The position numbers were made by a program, and so were the translations under genes. A model generated the notes under the pieces. That model was given only the letters and a program-made list of their open reading frames with translations, ran no database searches and was not told the DNA's origin. A DNA stretch of 64,000 nt, taken from assembly GCA_041662525.1 (NCBI GenBank), contig JBAZSF010000002.1, positions 3,121 to 67,120 on the forward strand. The letters run 5' to 3'. Source of the DNA: Minisyncoccota bacterium (lineage in GTDB: Bacteria; Patescibacteriota; Minisyncoccia; Phycocordibacterales; UBA9973). This document shows positions 58,671-64,000 of the stretch, one piece after another; position 1 is the stretch's first letter; each line of letters begins with the position of its first letter.

Positions 58671-60929
58671 TTATAAGTAAATTGTTTTTATTCCACTCTC
58701 CTCGCCTTCCTTTTCTAATAAATCTGCTGGAATATCTGTAATAAATTCTGATGGGGCATTGATATTGCGAGATCCAAAAATAGTACGGAAATTCGCAAAG
58801 GATAAGAATAACTTTCTTCGAGCACGAGTGAGCGCTACATAAAAAAGCCTTCTCTCTTCCTCACTATCTTCATTCACCTTACTCTCTCCTTGTCTTTGAT
58901 GCGGGAAAAGTCCATCTTCTAACCCTGTGATAAAAACATAATCAAATTCAAGACCTTTTGAGGCATGCACCGTCATTAATTTTACCCCAGTTTTCTCTTT
59001 CTTTTTTTCTTCGTTAATCATTAAACTATCTTGATCTGAGGCGAGAGACGCATCTTCTAAAAGCTTTTCTACGCCTCCCCCGTCTGCTAGGTTGTCATAT
59101 TTGAGCGCTAGGGTGGCGAGTTCTTTGATGTTTTCTAACCTTTCCATATCTTCCTCAGTGCCATTTTGTAATTCCTGTTCTATTCCAGATTTTTTTACTA
59201 CAAATTTTATTACCTCACTCGTTTTTGAGTTGTTTATTTTTTCTTTTATTTCTTCCAGTGTTTTATAAAAATTATCAATTTTTATTTGTGTTTTTATTGG
59301 TAGAGTTTCTTTTTGGTTAGCAAAAATTTTCATCAAAGTTACTTTTCCAATGCCTCTTGCAGGGAAATTCATGATTCTTTTTATGTCAGATAAACTATCT
59401 GGATTTAAAGCTGCCCGTAAATATGCGAGAGTGTCTTTAATTTCTTTTCTTTCAAAAAATTTAACTCCTAGAACTTGATAAGGAATATTGTATCTCAGCA
59501 TTGCTTCTTCGAGTGCTCTCGATTGGAAATTGGCTCGGTAAAGTATTGAGATGCTGGATAAAACATTCTCGGACTCACCACGAAAAAATTCTCCCGAAAA
59601 TTCTTCCTGCTCCGCGTCGCCACTCCTCCCAAGGGTTCGCTCGAGAACATATTTTCCAGCATCTTGAGCTCTGCCGGATGCGCTTTTTTGGATGGTCTGG
59701 CCGGGATAGGGACCCGGAGAACCGAGGACCTCCGAAAAAGCGTCTCCGGCGGAGCTGTCTAGTATCTCCAGAATTTTTGTCGCAACAAATTCAGCTTCGT
59801 CGGTTTCGTCTAGGGCTTCGTAAAGACTTATCTTTTCACCTTCAATATTTTTTGTAAATAAATTTTTATCTGGTCTATATTTATTTTTCTTGATTACTTC
59901 ATTGGCTGCTTCTAAGATATTTTTAGTAGAGCGATAATTTTGTTCCAATAAAATGATTTTTGTATTTGGATAATCTTTTTCGAAATTTAAAATATTTTTT
60001 AAATTTGCTCCACGCCAAGAATAAATATTTTGATCTGCATCCCCCACCACGCAAATATTTTTATTTCTTTCAGAAAGTAATTTAGACATCAAATATTGCA
60101 CTTCATTTGTGTCTTGATATTCATCGACGTGTATATATTCCCATTTTTCTTGATAAATTTTTCTAATTTCTGCGTTTTCTTTTAGTAATTTTGTAGCTTT
60201 CAAAAGTAGGTCATCAAAGTCTAAAGAATTTTCTTTCATCTTTTGCTTCTCATACAAATTCCAAACTTGCGCTACTATTTTACCTAAAGAACTTCCTCCG
60301 CCTTCTTCCCTTTCCATATAATCTGCCAAATGCACAAATTTTCCTTTTTCTCGTGAGATTATATTTTTTATTTTTTTTGGATCATATTGTTTTGGGTCTA
60401 CACCGATTTCTTTCAAGATATTTTTAATAAGAGTATTCGCATCTCCTTCATCTAAAATAGTAAAATATCTCGTGAGTCCGAGTAGTCGGGCATTTTCTTT
60501 TATGATATAAACTCCAAGAGAATGGAAAGTAGAAACAAAAGGAACTTCGGACAAAATATTCTCGGACTCACCACGAAAATTTTCTGCTGAAAATTTTCTC
60601 TGTCCGTCGCCGTCGCTCCTACCAAGGGTTCGCTCGAGAACATATTGCCCTCCATTTTTACTATTCGAAAAAGCATTGCCGATGAAGCTGTCTTTTATTG
60701 CGAAATTAATGCGCTCCCGCATTTCTTTGGCAGCTTTGTTGGTGAAGGTTACCGCTAAGATTTTATCTGGGGACACTCCATTTTTTATAAGATTCACAAT
60801 TCGATGCGTGATTGTTTTTGTTTTTCCAGCTCCTGCTCCGGCAATAATCAAAAGCGGTCCCTTCATATGGAGCGCCGCTTCTTTTTGTTCACTATTTAGA
60901 CCTTTTAGATGTTTTTCGTCTTTATCCAC
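58671..60929 (-). CDS. pcrA: ATP-dependent DNA helicase PcrA/UvrD with in-frame insertions
   Basis: AGAGAGKT, TFH, DEYQD, QNYRS, HASKGLEF, EEERRLFYVALTRA. Confidence 0.95.
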   Translation of the reverse strand: MDKDEKHLKGLNSEQKEAALHMKGPLLIIAGAGAGKTKTITHRIVNLIKNGVSPDKILAVTFTNKAAKEMRERINFAIKDSFIGNAFSNSKNGGQYVLERTLGRSDGDGQRKFSAENFRGESENILSEVPFVSTFHSLGVYIIKENARLLGLTRYFTILDEGDANTLIKNILKEIGVDPKQYDPKKIKNIISREKGKFVHLADYMEREEGGGSSLGKIVAQVWNLYEKQKMKENSLDFDDLLLKATKLLKENAEIRKIYQEKWEYIHVDEYQDTNEVQYLMSKLLSERNKNICVVGDADQNIYSWRGANLKNILNFEKDYPNTKIILLEQNYRSTKNILEAANEVIKKNKYRPDKNLFTKNIEGEKISLYEALDETDEAEFVATKILEILDSSAGDAFSEVLGSPGPYPGQTIQKSASGRAQDAGKYVLERTLGRSGDAEQEEFSGEFFRGESENVLSSISILYRANFQSRALEEAMLRYNIPYQVLGVKFFERKEIKDTLAYLRAALNPDSLSDIKRIMNFPARGIGKVTLMKIFANQKETLPIKTQIKIDNFYKTLEEIKEKINNSKTSEVIKFVVKKSGIEQELQNGTEEDMERLENIKELATLALKYDNLADGGGVEKLLEDASLASDQDSLMINEEKKKEKTGVKLMTVHASKGLEFDYVFITGLEDGLFPHQRQGESKVNEDSEEERRLFYVALTRARRKLFLSFANFRTIFGSRNINAPSEFITDIPADLLEKEGEESGIKTIYL
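59549..59664 (-). mobile_element. Rod-shaped element, C-type head, in frame in pcrA
   Basis: Arms agatgctgga..attctcg / cgagaa..tccagcatct; head homologous to 60549-60653. Confidence 0.85.
59667..59756 (-). mobile_element. Rod-shaped element, B-type head, in frame in pcrA
   Basis: Head 59692-59731 identical to the rsmA copy; arms agctctgccgga / tccggcggagct. Confidence 0.85.
60549..60653 (-). mobile_element. Rod-shaped element, C-type head, in frame in pcrA
   Basis: Encodes YVLERTLGRS...FRGESEN as in the 59549 copy. Confidence 0.82.
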
Positions 60930-60951
60930 GCATCTAATATAACATGAATAT

Positions 60952-63309
60952 CTATTTTCTTAGATTTGCTTCAAAGATTTCTAGAGTTATTCCGTCTTTT
61001 CCCTTACCAGCAGCTAATGCTTGTAAACAGCGAGCGATAAAATGTTCAGTACTTTCTTCGCCTATTCCAATAAAACCTTTTGGTTTAAGCCCCGCATGGT
61101 TTTTAAGTATATTTAAATAACTTGATAAATGGTTAGTTGCTGGATCAGTGCTTGGTTGTTTTTCATATTTTAAAACTTCACTCGCATTCATTTTTAAAGT
61201 GCTTGAAAAATTGTTCCAGCTCCATGTGCTTGGTTCTAATTTGGATAAATAATCTACATCATTTTGTCTTGCCCCATAAGCTTGCATTAATTTTTCTTCA
61301 GACAGATTATAGGGATTTTCTAAAAATTCTGGATTTAAAGCTAAAATAGGCTTAGCATGGTCTGAAAAACCTTGTAATTTATCTAATGGGTACCCATTTC
61401 CTCCACCAGAATACAACACACCACCGCCAGTACTTGCCATTCTTCCTGTATCTGCTGAGTTACCAGTTAATGTGTCACCACCAGTATTTCTTTTCATTCC
61501 AGTTTCTTGTGATGTGCCTGTATGTATTGTCCCAGCAGGTTCTTTGGGAGTTAATTGATCATGTATTGTTTTTGTTAGTTCTTCAGGAGTAACTGATTTT
61601 GGAGCTGGTTCGTAAGGATGTACGTCAGATTCTAATTTTAGCTCAGGTACTTTAATTTTTGTGTGCAGGTCATCTCCAAGATGGATTTTACTATCTTCCT
61701 TGCTTTCAAAAACTTCGTTTCCACTTTCTGTTGAAACTTTTGCACTTCCATCTGAATCAAACATCTTTCCCCCATAACGCTCCACATCCTTTCCTGTCGC
61801 TGCGTCATGAAAAATTAAATTTCCTTTGTCATCAAATTTTAAAGTTGAACCCTCTCGAATCAACGCACTTTCTTCTCCATTTGGTTTATAAAATCCAAAT
61901 TTTTTTGCTTCTTCTACGGCATTATGGTCACTACTCATAAGATCCTGAACACTTTTTGGTGCCTTGGAATAATCCCCATGATATTGTTCTGCAATTTGTT
62001 TTTTCAAATCTAAAATCCCTTGTATTCCACCTTTTCCATTTTCAAACTTAATTCCCTCGTTAGTAAATTCAGTAGTTGGTTTAGGCGTTTCTGGAGCAGC
62101 TGATGCTTCTGGTTCAGGATCTGCTGGCGCAGGAGAAGTAGGCCCTTGATCTAGAGCAGGTTTAGGCACGGGTGTTGGTGCTTCTGGTTTTTCTATCGTT
62201 TTTTCTCTATGCAATATACCTTTTACAAATTTTCCAGCTCCATCAATCGGATGAATGTTGTGTGAGGTTAAAAGATGAGAGACACTTTCAAACATTTTAT
62301 CTACAGATAAGGCTAGAGTTTCTACTGTTACCACTGCGACGATAGTTTTACCCGCTGTTTGTGCATAGCGACCAGCCATAGCCAGTCCATCCACAGTGCC
62401 GTATTGGGTAATAATACGATCACAATCTTCTAAATTTTTCTTTTCTTTTATTAAAAGTTTTTCGATTGCTGCTTCTTTTTGTTCATGTGTAAGCCCCCCA
62501 TCCCCTTGTATCTTTGTGATTTTTATTTCAAGAAGAGCTAATCCACCTTCGATATCTGTTTTTAATATTTTTTGGATAAAAGAATTTGCTACATCAGGTA
62601 TTTTTAATCTTTCTTGCAAATCTTTAGGCATTTCCATCAAATAAGCATTTTTTAATGCTTCAGCAGAAACATTTCCTTGCTGTTCTTTTTGTTGTGCTTT
62701 TTCATATATTTTCCAAGCTTCTTCTTCTGCACGTTCTACATCTTGAATTCTAGTTTTTTCGATTACCTCTTCATTTTTCAAACGCGCTTCTTTACCAGCT
62801 TCAGCCATACGAGCAGTCGCCATGCCTCCCATCATTACATAGCGTAATGGTGAAGCGAGCGACGCTCCAGTTAAATCAGTTACCATTCTTCCATATCTCA
62901 CAAGATTCCCAAAGAGTAGGCTCGCATTTGAAAGCCGGTGTTTTTCTTTACCACTCGTGGTGTCTTCAGCTTTTTTAAAGGCAACTTTTGCGTCACGTTC
63001 GAAACCTTTTTGCATTTCAGTAAAAAATCTTCCAGTAGTTCCCTTCTTATCAATTTTATTCAGTGCTTTATTAAAAGCTCCAGCAAAAAGGTCGTTTTTT
63101 GCTTTTTCAACTTTAAAACCAATAGTACTCAATCCCCAACCAATTTTCCCCCTATCTTCCGGTGAAAGATTTTCTATCTCTTTTTCTGTTTCAATTTCTT
63201 CCGGAGTTTTTGGATTTGTTTTTTCTTTTTGTTTTTTATTTTCTTCTGCGATACTTTTTTCAATCTTTTGGTTAAGCTTAGTATTAGGCATTAGATTTAT
63301 TTTTTTCAT
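60952..63309 (-). CDS. Large hypothetical protein
   Basis: 785-aa ORF; charged N-terminus, hydrophobic stretches, Pro-rich linker; no family recognised. Confidence 0.7.
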   Translation of the reverse strand: MKKINLMPNTKLNQKIEKSIAEENKKQKEKTNPKTPEEIETEKEIENLSPEDRGKIGWGLSTIGFKVEKAKNDLFAGAFNKALNKIDKKGTTGRFFTEMQKGFERDAKVAFKKAEDTTSGKEKHRLSNASLLFGNLVRYGRMVTDLTGASLASPLRYVMMGGMATARMAEAGKEARLKNEEVIEKTRIQDVERAEEEAWKIYEKAQQKEQQGNVSAEALKNAYLMEMPKDLQERLKIPDVANSFIQKILKTDIEGGLALLEIKITKIQGDGGLTHEQKEAAIEKLLIKEKKNLEDCDRIITQYGTVDGLAMAGRYAQTAGKTIVAVVTVETLALSVDKMFESVSHLLTSHNIHPIDGAGKFVKGILHREKTIEKPEAPTPVPKPALDQGPTSPAPADPEPEASAAPETPKPTTEFTNEGIKFENGKGGIQGILDLKKQIAEQYHGDYSKAPKSVQDLMSSDHNAVEEAKKFGFYKPNGEESALIREGSTLKFDDKGNLIFHDAATGKDVERYGGKMFDSDGSAKVSTESGNEVFESKEDSKIHLGDDLHTKIKVPELKLESDVHPYEPAPKSVTPEELTKTIHDQLTPKEPAGTIHTGTSQETGMKRNTGGDTLTGNSADTGRMASTGGGVLYSGGGNGYPLDKLQGFSDHAKPILALNPEFLENPYNLSEEKLMQAYGARQNDVDYLSKLEPSTWSWNNFSSTLKMNASEVLKYEKQPSTDPATNHLSSYLNILKNHAGLKPKGFIGIGEESTEHFIARCLQALAAGKGKDGITLEIFEANLRK

Positions 63310-63363
63310 GATATTTATATTATACAGTTTTCAATTTTTAATACCAAATTTAGGTTGAAATAG

Positions 63364-63417
63364 TTATCCACATTAATTTACGATTAAATTGACTTTTGAC
63401 CCTTTTTGAGCTATTTT
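63364..63417 (+). promoter_or_regulatory. DnaA box followed by sigma-70 promoter
   Basis: TTATCCACA 63364-63372; TTGACT-17-TATTTT. Confidence 0.5.
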
Positions 63418-63590
63418 AGAGGTATAGTTCTGAAGAGAGGCATGGGGCAAGTTGACCGAATTCTAGAGATGGTAGTAATTATCGTGAGAACCTTTTGTTT
63501 GCAGTACTATGGTCGTCCTGTGATTCTACCCTTATATTTATTGAATATTTTGGGCTAGAAAAGGAAATCTCGCGACACTTTGTTTGTTTT

Positions 63591-64000
63591 ATAAAACCTA
63601 AAAATAAAAAAGTTAGTAAAATATTAAGAGTTATTTCAGCCTTTTCTTTATTGTTTGGGGTTATTTTTATGTCTTTACAACCAGTTGAGGCAGGGCTCAT
63701 GTCTTCCCTTTCTTCTATCTTTGTCGGTGATCAGGCATATGCGCTTCAAGCCAATGTTTCCTCTATTTCAATCTTAGAGGACAAAAACAGTAAAGATGAC
63801 GTCAATATTACTGACGATACAAACATAAATATAGATAATATTTCTGAAGACAAAGCACTTTCTCCTAATATTGGTTTAATGGGCGTGTCAGACGAAAAAG
63901 ATATTTTTGACTCTTCTGGAGAAGATATTAGTGTTTATGTGGTGAGAAAGGGTGATTCTATTTCACAAATAGCTGATATGTTTGAGGTTTCAACTAATAC
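63591..64000 (+). CDS. LysM-domain protein (3'-truncated, start uncertain; not in ORF track)
   Basis: Open frame with signal-like segment and YVVRKGDSISQIADMFEVSTNT. Confidence 0.8.
   Translation, partial: MKPKNKKVSKILRVISAFSLLFGVIFMSLQPVEAGLMSSLSSIFVGDQAYALQANVSSISILEDKNSKDDVNITDDTNINIDNISEDKALSPNIGLMGVSDEKDIFDSSGEDISVYVVRKGDSISQIADMFEVSTN

Noticed and set aside
59549-59756. Inteins or group I/II introns as the in-frame inserts
   Set aside because: Too short, no C/S...HN splice motifs or intron core, and the same DNA is read in different frames.
7098-60653. CRISPR array or integron attC cassettes
   Set aside because: Repeats are dispersed, not regularly spaced with unique spacers; no cas or intI genes; no consistent RYYYAAC/GTTRRRY ends.
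63479-63700. 73-aa minus-strand ORF
   Set aside because: Antisense to the better-supported LysM frame.

Overview
AT-rich bacterial chromosome segment spanning the replication origin (dnaN-dnaA / rpmH-rnpA-yidD-yidC-jag, DnaA boxes). Gene content, near-leaderless starts and the PrgI/VirB4/VirB6 locus suggest a Patescibacteria (CPR, probably Parcubacteria-type) genome; this is inference. It holds DNA repair/replication genes (uvrABC, ruvABC, mutM, polA, pcrA, holA), a proB-proC-proA operon, an ECF-sigma/MacAB-type locus, a TSP1-repeat surface protein, tRNA-Lys with a small accessory block (PlsY), and a ~13 kb T4SS-like cluster. The most unusual signal is a set of about 12 long (90-145 bp) rod-shaped palindromic elements. 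Each has a GC-rich branched head, near-identical across copies in several families, closed by inverted arms that differ between loci and in several cases mirror the neighbouring gene's own terminal codons. With many shorter REP-like hairpins, they sit between genes and in frame inside uvrA, uvrB, uvrC, polA, pcrA, rsmA, ruvA and yidD. No transposase or integrase is visible in the window. All calls come from reading the sequence; no searches were run.
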